Source: a bacterium (GTDB lineage: Bacteria; Zhuqueibacterota; Zhuqueibacteria; Oceanimicrobiales; Oceanimicrobiaceae). From it: a stretch of DNA of 10,835 nucleotides. Shown one piece after another: positions 1 to 8,461 of this stretch (position 1 is the first letter of the stretch; each line of letters opens with the position of its first letter). Both the position numbers and the translations under genes were made by a program. The DNA lies in contig JBHHXN010000175.1 of the NCBI GenBank assembly GCA_046757025.1, positions 1-10,835 on the forward strand. Direction: 5' to 3'. The notes under the pieces are model-generated. The model was not told the origin of the DNA. It saw nothing but the letters and a program-made list of their open reading frames with translations, and ran no database searches.

Positions 1-84
1 CTTTTTGCGAATTTCGCTTTTCGGTTTGCGGCTTTTCGCTGCATTAGGAATAATGCAAACTAAATCAAAAGGTTAATCAAGGAT

Positions 85-1425
85 ATGTCGAATCGGATAG
101 TTTTTTGGGCGTCACTTTGTTTGTTGGGTCTCCTGGCTTTCTTTTGTAATAACGACTCCGCCATGGATAATTCCAGGCCGCCGGTTAATCAAAAGCCGGT
201 CACACTCCAAGCAGATAATCCTAAAGTGCAAAATATTGTGTCTCAAGTCGATCCGGATTCTCTGCAATGGTATATAGCTCAACTGGTGGGATTTTTTACG
301 CGGCACACAAATTCCGACACCGCCTCGACCACCCGCGGAATCGGCGCCGCCCGACGCTGGGTTTTCAACCGTTTCAAGGAAATCAGTCAAAAGAACGGCG
401 GCAGACTGCGGGTTTCCTATCACACCTTTCAGGCCACGGTACGCGGCGTTGACGGATTGCACAGCAACGTCATCGCGGAGTTGCCTGGCACCGAAACGCC
501 GGACAGGAAATTTGTCGTCAGCGGGCATCTCGACTCCCGCAACCGCGACAACAACGACGCGGTTAATTTTGCCCCCGGCGCCAACGACGACGGCAGCGGC
601 GTGGCTGCGGTCATGGAGCTGGCCAGAATTTTAAGTCAATTCGAATTCAAATCGACGATCATTTTTGTGGCGTTTACCGGCGAAGAACAGGGCCTGTTTG
701 GCAGTCGTGCCTACGCCGCAGAATTACGGCAGAACGGCGAGAACATCGTCGGTATGGTGACCAATGACGTGGTCGGCAACATTGTCGGCGGCAGCGGCAA
801 GGTGGACAGCCTGAGCGTGCGCTGTTTTTCGGATAATCCCACCGACTCGCCGCATCGACAATTGGCGCGTTTTATCAAACTGCAAGGGGAAGCTTATTTG
901 AGCAATTTCACGGTCAATTTGATTGCAGCCAGAGATCGTCCGGGTCGGGGTGGCGACCACTTCTCTTTTAATGAACAGGGATACACCGCAGCCCGACTCA
1001 CCGAACCCGAAGACAATCTGCAGCATCAACACAACATGGCCGACCTGCCGGAATTCATGTCCTTTCCTTATCTGGCCAAAGTGGTAAGAATCAACGCGGC
1101 TTACCTGTCGGGCTGGGCCGACGCGCCGGCAAGCCCTTCCAACGTGGTTGCGATTCCACAATCCGAAGGTCGGATAAAAATCACCTGGAGCGGCGCCGAT
1201 TTGCCGCAAATCGCCGACATGCTGATTGGGTTCAGAGATCCTGCCTCCGCAACCTACGATAGTTTGATTGCCATCGATCAAACCAACGAATTTGTCCTGG
1301 AATCAACGTCGGTCTTTGCTAACGGCGTCTTTTTGAGTGTTTCTGCCGTGGATCAGGAAAAAAATGAAAGCGTGTTTTCTAATGAAGTGTTCATCGAAAA
1401 AGCCAGCAACAGGGATGCGAAATAG
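85..1425 (+). CDS. Exported M28-family (aminopeptidase-like) zinc metallopeptidase with C-terminal fibronectin-III-like domain
   Basis: 446-aa ORF with AAGGA just upstream and a hydrophobic N-terminal signal ending in LAFFC (possible non-canonical lipobox). M28 motifs are present: SNVIAELPG, SGHLDS, PGANDDGSGVAAVMELAR, FTGEEQGLFGS, TNDVVG, GGDHFSF, HQH. The C-terminal 'PASPSNVVA...IKITW...VSAVDQEKNESVFS' looks like an FN3 module. Confidence 0.93.
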   Translation: MSNRIVFWASLCLLGLLAFFCNNDSAMDNSRPPVNQKPVTLQADNPKVQNIVSQVDPDSLQWYIAQLVGFFTRHTNSDTASTTRGIGAARRWVFNRFKEISQKNGGRLRVSYHTFQATVRGVDGLHSNVIAELPGTETPDRKFVVSGHLDSRNRDNNDAVNFAPGANDDGSGVAAVMELARILSQFEFKSTIIFVAFTGEEQGLFGSRAYAAELRQNGENIVGMVTNDVVGNIVGGSGKVDSLSVRCFSDNPTDSPHRQLARFIKLQGEAYLSNFTVNLIAARDRPGRGGDHFSFNEQGYTAARLTEPEDNLQHQHNMADLPEFMSFPYLAKVVRINAAYLSGWADAPASPSNVVAIPQSEGRIKITWSGADLPQIADMLIGFRDPASATYDSLIAIDQTNEFVLESTSVFANGVFLSVSAVDQEKNESVFSNEVFIEKASNRDAK

Positions 1426-1439
1426 CCATTTCGTTCTGT

Positions 1440-2822
1440 TCACTGTTCGATCCAGCGCTGCCATTCCGGATCGTTGATTTCTGCTCGGGCATTAGAGTGC
1501 ACCAACTCTAAATCGCCAAACCGGCCTTTATCCACAAACACAAAAATTAAACCGCCTTCCTGCGAATAATAGCGCCAAACTTCGTACCCTCTGCGTCCCC
1601 GCAGACTGAAATTTTTCTCGATGTTGTCCGGCTCGCCGTATTTCATTACCACCCGACCGCGGTCGGTTTGCCAGCCTTTTTTAATGCCCTCGAAATGCTC
1701 ACGCACATAATTTAATCTGTGTTCATGAACAGCTTTGATTTCCATTCGGCTTTTTTCGGTCTCCATGTCGGTTTTGGACCAAAACTCCGGCATAAATTTA
1801 CGCTTTCCTTCCAAATCCAGAGAAGCGTAGATTTCCTTTTCAACTTTGGTAGCCAGGTAATCTGCGCTATAAAATTCTTCGTCGATTTGCTCGAGCGATT
1901 TGCTTTGATATTCCTCCAAGAGGAAGCTCAATTGATAGACGTCGGTTTTTTGACCAGACGAGCGGTCGGATGCGATGCCGCCGCGAAAGGTGTAAAATTT
2001 CTTTTGTCTGACAAATTCAATACCGCTGTCCACATCTTTCAATTTGAGCTGTAAAAAGTAGGTGCCGGTTGGCAAAGCGATGACGTTGACACCGCCTACT
2101 TCCACGGCCGACGCCGCAGTATATTTACGCCGCTTGGGGGGATACGAACGAAGCTGGCTACCTGCGTCATCCATGATGGCATATTCGAGTTCATAGACGT
2201 TTCCCCCACCCGGGTGCAAATTGTAAATTTCTGCATAAAAATACAGCATGGGATTTTGAACGGTGAAAAGCGCCCCGGGCTGTGGAATGATCAGGTAATT
2301 ATTTTTAGTAAAGATATTGGTCGAGGTATCCTGCGCTACGGAAGTGGCCAATTCAATATCGCTCATGCACAGCTTTCCTGCTGGAAATCCCGCCAGATTT
2401 ACATCGAGTCGGTAAACTCCTTCAGCTGACGAATTGGTGTCGCGTACTCTGGTTTCATAGCGATACCGGCCGGCCGGCAACACAAACCGCGAAAGGGTAA
2501 ACAGCCGCTGATTTTGCTTTTGTTGCTGCTCGGAGCCAATCACCGCCCGGCCAATCCAGTTGCGCATCACATACAGCGAATCGCCTTGATAGATTTTCGC
2601 TTCCACCTGAAAAGCCGCCACTTTCAACGAATCCTGCTCAACAAACACAAGCTGGTTTCGTTGGAAGGCATAATACACCTCCAGCTCAATTTGCTCATCC
2701 TCATGGCGAAAACCGGCGTAATCTATATTAAAATCGATGGTGGGTTTATTTTGAAAAGTCTGACTGGAAGCCAAAGCATTCAACGACACTATAAACAGAA
2801 TTTGGAATAATAGTACGCTCAT
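1440..2822 (-). CDS. GWxTD domain-containing exported protein
   Basis: 460-aa ORF with an N-terminal signal peptide and two beta-rich Ig-like segments (LPAGRYRYETRVRD; LPTGTYFLQLKLKD). The C-terminal part has the family signature FW...GWQTDRGRVVMKYGEPD...YEVWRY...FVFVD. Confidence 0.92.
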   Translation of the reverse strand: MSVLLFQILFIVSLNALASSQTFQNKPTIDFNIDYAGFRHEDEQIELEVYYAFQRNQLVFVEQDSLKVAAFQVEAKIYQGDSLYVMRNWIGRAVIGSEQQQKQNQRLFTLSRFVLPAGRYRYETRVRDTNSSAEGVYRLDVNLAGFPAGKLCMSDIELATSVAQDTSTNIFTKNNYLIIPQPGALFTVQNPMLYFYAEIYNLHPGGGNVYELEYAIMDDAGSQLRSYPPKRRKYTAASAVEVGGVNVIALPTGTYFLQLKLKDVDSGIEFVRQKKFYTFRGGIASDRSSGQKTDVYQLSFLLEEYQSKSLEQIDEEFYSADYLATKVEKEIYASLDLEGKRKFMPEFWSKTDMETEKSRMEIKAVHEHRLNYVREHFEGIKKGWQTDRGRVVMKYGEPDNIEKNFSLRGRRGYEVWRYYSQEGGLIFVFVDKGRFGDLELVHSNARAEINDPEWQRWIEQ

Positions 2823-3006
2823 GATATTTTAAATTTAATTTGAAGTTAACGGTTAATTTTATGGGAATGGCTTGTTCAGCGCAGGCCTTTACACGCGACT
2901 GAAACGAGGAAGCAACTTGCGGAACATGAGTGCAAATCCCAATAAATATTTAACTTATAAAATCACTAATTGTTTCTTGAAACTCCATCATTTTACTGTA
3001 AAACGT

Positions 3007-4026
3007 CTAATTGGGTGGATTGGAACTTTCACCAACAGCCTCCGATACACCACGGGCGTTTGGGCTTCTAAAATTGAAAGTCGCAACATCCAGCGCCAGG
3101 GCGGACAAGCCAACCAGCACTGCAGCCACGATACGCACTCCCTGCAGCACCAGACTGAATGCCACGGCTGGCGTTTTGTGGACGCCAAAGTAAGCCAGCG
3201 CCAGAATACAGGCCCATTGAAACGGACCCAGATTCGAAGGGGTGAGCGGCAGCAGCGAAGCGATATTGATAAAAAACAGCACGGTCAACGCGGACAGCGC
3301 GGGATTTTCAGGCTGCAGACTTTTCTGCAAAAACAGCACACCACTCCAGAGGCTGATCCAGGAACCCAGAGAGTACAAAACCACGGCCCGAAATACCGCG
3401 GGATTCTTTAAAATAAAAATCCCATTGAACAGCTTTCTAAAAAATATTTTGAAGCGATTTTCTCCTGTAAAACTTTCTGGAGAGACCATTCTATCTGTCA
3501 CAAATTCGTGTTTATTTTTGATAAAAATCCAGACACCTATTCCCAAAACCGCCACAGAACCGCAAAGCAGCCTGACCTGAAAGGGTTTTAAATCCGGGTT
3601 AAAAAAAGTCAACAAAAACGCAATGAGCCACAAAAAAACGAAATTTAATATGCGCTCGTTGATGATGGTGGCCATGAGAAAAGGCACGCCGATTTTCAAT
3701 TTTTTACTGGCGGCAATAATTCGGACGCCTTCGCCGGCCCGAAACCCCAAAAATAAATTGGTCAGGCGGTTTAAAATATACAACCGCAAAGAGGCGGTAA
3801 ACCGAACGGGTTTTTGCCACTGCAGCATCACACGCCATCGTGCGGCTTGAAACAGAATGCTCGTCATCCAGCAACCGATACAAAACACAACGTAATAATT
3901 GAGACTTTCCGACAAGCCCAACCACAGATCGCCCAGCGGAATAGAATACACCGCCAGAACAAAGGTAACCAGGCCAACAACCAACCCAACTATCCGCAGC
4001 CAGGGCTTGAGAATTTTCAGGTTCAT
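3007..4026 (-). CDS. UPF0104 / lysylphosphatidylglycerol synthase TM-domain (flippase-like) integral membrane protein
   Basis: 339-aa ORF with AAGGA RBS and about 8 hydrophobic segments. Family-like motifs: AARWRVML, NLFLGFRAGEGVR, ATIINER, LPLTPSNLG. Confidence 0.85.
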   Translation of the reverse strand: MNLKILKPWLRIVGLVVGLVTFVLAVYSIPLGDLWLGLSESLNYYVVFCIGCWMTSILFQAARWRVMLQWQKPVRFTASLRLYILNRLTNLFLGFRAGEGVRIIAASKKLKIGVPFLMATIINERILNFVFLWLIAFLLTFFNPDLKPFQVRLLCGSVAVLGIGVWIFIKNKHEFVTDRMVSPESFTGENRFKIFFRKLFNGIFILKNPAVFRAVVLYSLGSWISLWSGVLFLQKSLQPENPALSALTVLFFINIASLLPLTPSNLGPFQWACILALAYFGVHKTPAVAFSLVLQGVRIVAAVLVGLSALALDVATFNFRSPNARGVSEAVGESSNPPN

Positions 4027-4105
4027 GCTGTTCCTTGTATCGTGTCCGCCGCTTTAAGATAAAATCACAAATTTCAAAACCGTCTTTGGTCCATTCCTAT
4101 TGAAT

Positions 4106-4972
4106 TTATTTCAATTGCACGCCTACATTAAACCCCAGCACAAAATCGACAGCGTCCAGAAAAAGGTCATCGTCTAACGGGACTTTTAAATACAGACCCG
4201 GCTGGAAGTTTGCCAGGCGAATACTGGCTGCAACTCCGAACTGATGGAATGTACGCTCACTGAAGTCAAGTTCGTCTTCAGAAACTATCAAACGGCCAGT
4301 TAAGCCGCCCATTACGCTGAATTTTTTAGTCTCGTACCCGAGCATGGTAGAATAATCCAGCCACAATTCGCCGTTGTCGCCTGAAAAGTCATCCGAATTG
4401 AACCAGATGGTGGGCCCAAACCGATACTTACTCACGAAGCCTGAGCTGCTTTTAATCTGATAATGAATGCGGCCAGCCAGAGTCCAGATGTCGGGTGTGT
4501 AAGCCTCCATGCGGTTAAAATCGGAAACCAGACCGGTGATAAAAGCGGAAGATTTATTGTCCGGAACGACAGGCACCCGCATGCCGAGGGTAGCGTAACC
4601 GTTTGCGTCGGGTTTACCAACTTCAATGCCCAGATAAGGATTGCCGAACATGTTTTCGGATTTTGTTTCTGAAGTAAAAGTGCCGTCCGGAAAATTAAAA
4701 TTGACCACATCAAATGAGACATGCACAAAACTCAGCTCTCCTACAAGATGAACCATTTTAGATACCGGCACGCTGCCGGTTAAAATAAATATGGAAGTAG
4801 AAAAGTTCACATTGGTGTTTTCTTCAAAATTAGGTTTGAGCAATTCCAGCGCAAGAAACTTACTGCGGTTTTGCTGCAGCCAGACAGTCTGGCAGGGGGA
4901 TGAGACTGAATGGAGAAGAAGCGGAAGCAGAAATAATGAGAAAATCAAGGATTTTGTGATGGTTGATTTCAT
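4106..4972 (-). CDS. Hypothetical exported protein, probable outer-membrane beta-barrel
   Basis: Start moved from 5014 to the ATG at 4972 (MKSTITKSLIFSLFLLPLLL), which follows AGGA and gives a normal Sec signal. The protein has many alternating hydrophobic/polar strands (NPYLGIEVG, LAGRIHYQ, LDYSTMLGYE, FGVAASIR, PGLYLKVP) and ends with the amphipathic strand FVLGFNVGVQLK. Confidence 0.75.
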   Translation of the reverse strand: MKSTITKSLIFSLFLLPLLLHSVSSPCQTVWLQQNRSKFLALELLKPNFEENTNVNFSTSIFILTGSVPVSKMVHLVGELSFVHVSFDVVNFNFPDGTFTSETKSENMFGNPYLGIEVGKPDANGYATLGMRVPVVPDNKSSAFITGLVSDFNRMEAYTPDIWTLAGRIHYQIKSSSGFVSKYRFGPTIWFNSDDFSGDNGELWLDYSTMLGYETKKFSVMGGLTGRLIVSEDELDFSERTFHQFGVAASIRLANFQPGLYLKVPLDDDLFLDAVDFVLGFNVGVQLK

Positions 4973-5284
4973 GGTCTTTTTCCTATTTAATGAATCCTTC
5001 AATCTGGCAAACACAATGAGTATAAAACAATTTCTTCAAAATATCAAATGATTAGAACATTATTGATTGAAAGTAATCAAATGCCAGTTTGTCTCCCTTT
5101 TCTGATACCTGCTTTCAGATATATCACAAAATCGAAAAATGATTTGAAATTAAAAAAGAATTTAATAATCGAAGTGCAACAGACAAACCTCACACCCATT
5201 CGATTTTCAGCATGTTGGTTTGAGAATGGTGGTTATTTGTAAATGAAGATCTGCGAAATGAATAAAATTATTGGCTCAGTCAGC

Positions 5285-6667
5285 TTAAAAAATAAGCAGT
5301 TTCAAGCCTAACGTTAAGAAAAAACCCGACATGTTTATTTCTGGCCTGCTACTATGCCAGACACCCGGCGAAGTATCAGATTCTTCTCCCGTGTCCTCGT
5401 CGACCCATTTACCAGGCCGCTGCCAACTGCTGGCGCTGCCGCCAAAGCGATAACCAGAATTAACCACCAGATCGAACTTTTCTGCAAGCACGATTTCGGC
5501 ACTCAGGCCTGGGTAGGCCGAAAGAAAAAACGTATTGACAAAACGATCCTCGTCGTCATGTCGCCAGGCGTAATTTAAGTCAAAACCGGCTTTGGCCAGG
5601 AAGGAAATCCTTGAAAAACCCACAAGGCGTTGTGTTCCAAACAAGTCTAAACCAACGCCAGAATTTTTATCATCGCGTGAATCAGTGTAACGGAAAAATC
5701 GGAATCCACCACCCCAGTCGCGCTTTTGGATAGGCCGAACACGATATTGAACGCCGATGCTGGAGTATGAGTTATTGAGCGAAGGCACAATATTTAACTG
5801 GAAGCCGTGAATAGATTTTACCTGTTCCATTACTGGATTCCCCGCCTGGATAGAACCCCATTGCCGCAACACGACCGAGCGGTTGACATCCGAGGAAACA
5901 TCGGCCACCGATACTAAAGCGATTTTACGTCTCGAACCGGTAAATTGGTCATCATCGGACGTTTCCTCCGCTTCTGGCTCCAAAATGATAAATATGGAGC
6001 CCTTTTTTATGCCGATATCTTCTCCCAATATCAGCATCACTTCCCTATTATCCACGGAAAGTACTTCTGAATTCATGAGATATAGATTTTGCAAGGCTTC
6101 TTTGGCTCTTTGCCTGAATGCTTTCATGGCCATTTCTTCGGACTCGCTTCTGGTTTCAGCAATCAACGTGTGCACAGGCTGGGTGGGCTTTACCACAATA
6201 TCGAAGTCCTGCAAAGTTTCACCGGTCCCAATATCTATTTTTTTGACTTGCACAAAAAGATGCGGCATAAACATGCCGGAGAGATGCTTTTTATGGTAGA
6301 AGTCGCGAACACTGATCAGAAGCCCTTCTTTGGCCGCAGCGATATTTCCCACATTCACAACCATGGAATCGTTGATCAAGCCGCTCAGTTGCAGGGCCTG
6401 TTCTTTCAAAATGCTCGGCAGGTTATTTCTATCGATGACATCATAACGACCCAGCCGGGCCGCTTCGCTGGCTATGATATTGGTCACTTCCATATTGAGG
6501 GGATCGTCTTTTGAGGAAAGAATCAACAATCTCTCTTTTGCACGAGGAATTTCGTTATTTCGATCTTTCGTTTCTTGTGCATGCAAGTTTGGTGTGGAAC
6601 CGCATAACAATAAGCTCAAGAAAGCAATCGACACGAAAAATAACGATCGAATTAAATATTTCTTCAT
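5285..6667 (-). CDS. CsgG/HfaB-like domain protein with FlgT-C-like middle domain and predicted C-terminal beta-barrel (paralog A)
   Basis: 460-aa ORF with GGAG RBS and signal peptide. It has the CsgG/HfaB-like motif GRYDVIDRNNLPSILKEQALQLSGLIND...VGNIAAAK, then SEVLSVDNREVMLILGEDIGIKKGSIF...IQAGNPV, then about 8 amphipathic strands ending GFFLTLGLKLLIF. It is collinear with 6739-8043. Confidence 0.8.
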   Translation of the reverse strand: MKKYLIRSLFFVSIAFLSLLLCGSTPNLHAQETKDRNNEIPRAKERLLILSSKDDPLNMEVTNIIASEAARLGRYDVIDRNNLPSILKEQALQLSGLINDSMVVNVGNIAAAKEGLLISVRDFYHKKHLSGMFMPHLFVQVKKIDIGTGETLQDFDIVVKPTQPVHTLIAETRSESEEMAMKAFRQRAKEALQNLYLMNSEVLSVDNREVMLILGEDIGIKKGSIFIILEPEAEETSDDDQFTGSRRKIALVSVADVSSDVNRSVVLRQWGSIQAGNPVMEQVKSIHGFQLNIVPSLNNSYSSIGVQYRVRPIQKRDWGGGFRFFRYTDSRDDKNSGVGLDLFGTQRLVGFSRISFLAKAGFDLNYAWRHDDEDRFVNTFFLSAYPGLSAEIVLAEKFDLVVNSGYRFGGSASSWQRPGKWVDEDTGEESDTSPGVWHSSRPEINMSGFFLTLGLKLLIF

Positions 6668-6738
6668 TTTGTTATCTCCAGTATATTAATTACCTGCTTC
6701 CCAGGAATGGTTTGAAAAACTTAATACACTATGGTAAA

Positions 6739-8043
6739 TTAAAAGAATATAAACTTATAACCCACGGAAAGGAAGGGACCGGATAAATCCACTTCGGGTG
6801 CACCATTTTTCCAGACTACGGAAGACTCCCCTTCCTGTGTACGATTCCATGTGCTCGACTTTCCACCGAAGCGATATCCCGCGCTAATGACAAGATCTGC
6901 TTTTTCCGATAAAACAATCTCAGTGTTCAATCCTAAATATGCCACAAATGGTATAGCACTCACGCTTTGATCTTCGTCATCCTTTTTTAAAATGATGTTC
7001 ATATCAACGCCTATTTTTAACAAAAAAGTCAGTCTTGATAAGTTGAGAAGCCGATGCAGGCCAAATACACCGAGGCCAAATCCGCCATCATTTTCATCGA
7101 ATGAATCCTTTACCTGGAGAAAACGAATTTCACCTCCCCAGCTCTGCGCCTTGATGGCACGGGCACGGTACTGGAAACCAAAACTGTAGTATGAATTATT
7201 CAGCGGTGGGACAAAGCTTAGCTGTAAACCGTGGGTTGATTTTACCAGTTCGACGGCTCGGTCACCAGGCTGGATGGACCGCCACTGCCGGAAAACCACC
7301 GAGCGATTGGCATCTGGAGAAACCTCTTCCACCGAAACGAACGCGGCCCGGCGTCCGGGAACGGTGATGGTTCTATTTTTATATTTTCGCACCTGGTCAG
7401 GTTTTTCGATGACGAATATGGTTCCTTTATCGATGCCAACCCTTTCACCCAGCTGTAAAGTGACTTTCTGGTTATCCACAGCGATAATTTCAGATTTCAT
7501 AAGATAGAGTTTTTTCAGCTCCGCGGTGGCTTTCTTTTTAAATTCTTTGCGGGCATTTTTGCCGGCGGCCTCGATATTTATGGAATACCGTAGTTGACTG
7601 GTTTCAATATCAAGATGTTTGATTTCCACAGAATACATGGATTTCACATTTATGAGTAGCGCTTCTTTGGCAGCCGCGATCTTACCCACCTTCACTACCG
7701 TGGAGTCATCGATCACACCAGAAAGCTGTAAAGCCTGTTCCTGTAAAATCCTTTGCAGATCATTTCGGTCGATCACGTCAAATCTGCCAAGTTCCGCCAT
7801 GATACTGGTAATGATCTTAGGGATTTCTTCGTCGTAATAGTAGTAATGATCGCTGGTTGTGGGGAGAATGAGCAAGCGCATTTTTTCAGAAGTGATTTGG
7901 GGGGATTTCTGCGTAGCTTCTTGTGAGTAAAGAACCGGTACGCTGGCGTTAAACAAGATATTTAAAAATAAAAAGATGACTGCGTTTTTTGAGATTAACA
8001 AAGCACCCCCTCCCTTCAACCAACTTAAGTTTAGCATTTTCAT
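6739..8043 (-). CDS. CsgG/HfaB-like domain protein with FlgT-C-like middle domain and predicted C-terminal beta-barrel (paralog B)
   Basis: Start moved from the GTG at 8082 to the ATG at 8043, which has GGAGG at 8052-8056. Motifs: GRFDVIDRNDLQRILQEQALQLSGVIDD...VGKIAAAK; SEIIAVDNQKVTLQLGERVGIDKGTIF...IQPGDRAV. The C-terminus is GPFLSVGYKFIFF (terminal aromatic beta-signal). Confidence 0.8.
   Translation of the reverse strand: MKMLNLSWLKGGGALLISKNAVIFLFLNILFNASVPVLYSQEATQKSPQITSEKMRLLILPTTSDHYYYYDEEIPKIITSIMAELGRFDVIDRNDLQRILQEQALQLSGVIDDSTVVKVGKIAAAKEALLINVKSMYSVEIKHLDIETSQLRYSINIEAAGKNARKEFKKKATAELKKLYLMKSEIIAVDNQKVTLQLGERVGIDKGTIFVIEKPDQVRKYKNRTITVPGRRAAFVSVEEVSPDANRSVVFRQWRSIQPGDRAVELVKSTHGLQLSFVPPLNNSYYSFGFQYRARAIKAQSWGGEIRFLQVKDSFDENDGGFGLGVFGLHRLLNLSRLTFLLKIGVDMNIILKKDDEDQSVSAIPFVAYLGLNTEIVLSEKADLVISAGYRFGGKSSTWNRTQEGESSVVWKNGAPEVDLSGPFLSVGYKFIFF
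8016..8043 (-). repeat. Copy 1 of a 28-bp direct repeat forming the 5' end of two genes (copy 2 at 10408-10435)
   Basis: ATGAAAATGCTAAACTTAAGTTGGTTGA vs ATGAAAAAGTTAAACTTAAGTTGGTTGA: 26/28 identical, encoding MKMLNLSWL vs MKKLNLSWL. Confidence 0.9.
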
Positions 8044-8314
8044 GGTCGTTTCCTCCAATTCGGTTGGGTAGCGCAAGTTCACAATAATAAATTAATCTTA
8101 GTGAAATTTGATAGGCCAAACAGAAACCGCTACTCCCATGATTAAATCTATTTATGTTGATTATTTATCAGGCGGAAATCTATTGCAACTTTATGTAAAA
8201 AAGAAAGATTTTTAAGTGGAGAGATGGAAGTGCGAAAAATATCTTTGGGTCGCCTCTGCAAATTGTCATAAAATCATTATCGATCCAAAGAGTTGTTACC
8301 CTTTACCTGCTTTT

Positions 8315-8342
8315 AAAATAGTATTATCTGTTCAAATGTCAA
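8315..8342 (-). promoter_or_regulatory. Candidate sigma70-type promoter for the CsgG-like gene pair
   Basis: On the minus strand: TTGACA (8342-8337), 16-nt spacer, TATTTT (8320-8315), with an A-rich tract upstream. The -35 is a perfect consensus and the -10 matches 4/6. The region is AT-rich, so a chance match is possible. Confidence 0.4.
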
Positions 8343-8363
8343 GTCTTTTTGGTTTTTTTAATT

Positions 8364-8435
8364 TTACGTATCGATCGGAGCAGGTTGACAATTCAAATCA
8401 TGAATTATTGATAACCGTTCCTCGTCTTCCATCAT
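8364..8435 (-). CDS. Candidate 23-aa small ORF (MMEDEERLSIIHDLNCQPAPIDT) or truncated gene start
   Basis: GAATTGGAGGAACCT directly precedes ATGATG, and TAA lies at 8366-8364. The only support is the strong RBS; no homology recognised. Confidence 0.25.
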   Translation of the reverse strand: MMEDEERLSIIHDLNCQPAPIDT

Positions 8436-8461
8436 AGGTTCCTCCAATTCACCTCGCATCC

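Noticed and set aside
1426..1439. Bidirectional terminator between the convergent peptidase and GWxTD genes
   Set aside because: The gap is only 14 bp and contains no stem-loop.
2872..3411. 179-aa plus-strand ORF and other antisense or overlapping ORFs (e.g. 724-1281, 112-528, 5883-6299, 6089-6514, 10011-10457)
   Set aside because: They are shadows of well-supported genes on the opposite strand or frame, with no recognisable motifs.
5063..5080. TTGAT-N8-ATCAA palindrome resembling an FNR/CRP-family box (also TGAT-N5-ATCA near 8158-8170)
   Set aside because: FNR spacing is N4, and short AT-rich palindromes are expected by chance here.
5070..5090. Sigma54 promoter on the minus strand (TGGCAT...)
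   Set aside because: There is no GC at the required GG-N10-GC position.
2864..6714. 10/11-nt match GGAATGG(C/T)TTG at 2864-2874 and 6704-6714, about 40 nt upstream of two starts
   Set aside because: Only two imperfect copies, which cannot be distinguished from chance.
5285..8043. Calling these genes csgG (curli secretion) or flgT (flagellar), or 8693-10435 bamB
   Set aside because: No curlin, CsgE/F, flagellar or bam neighbours are present, and the domain architectures and lengths differ from the named proteins.
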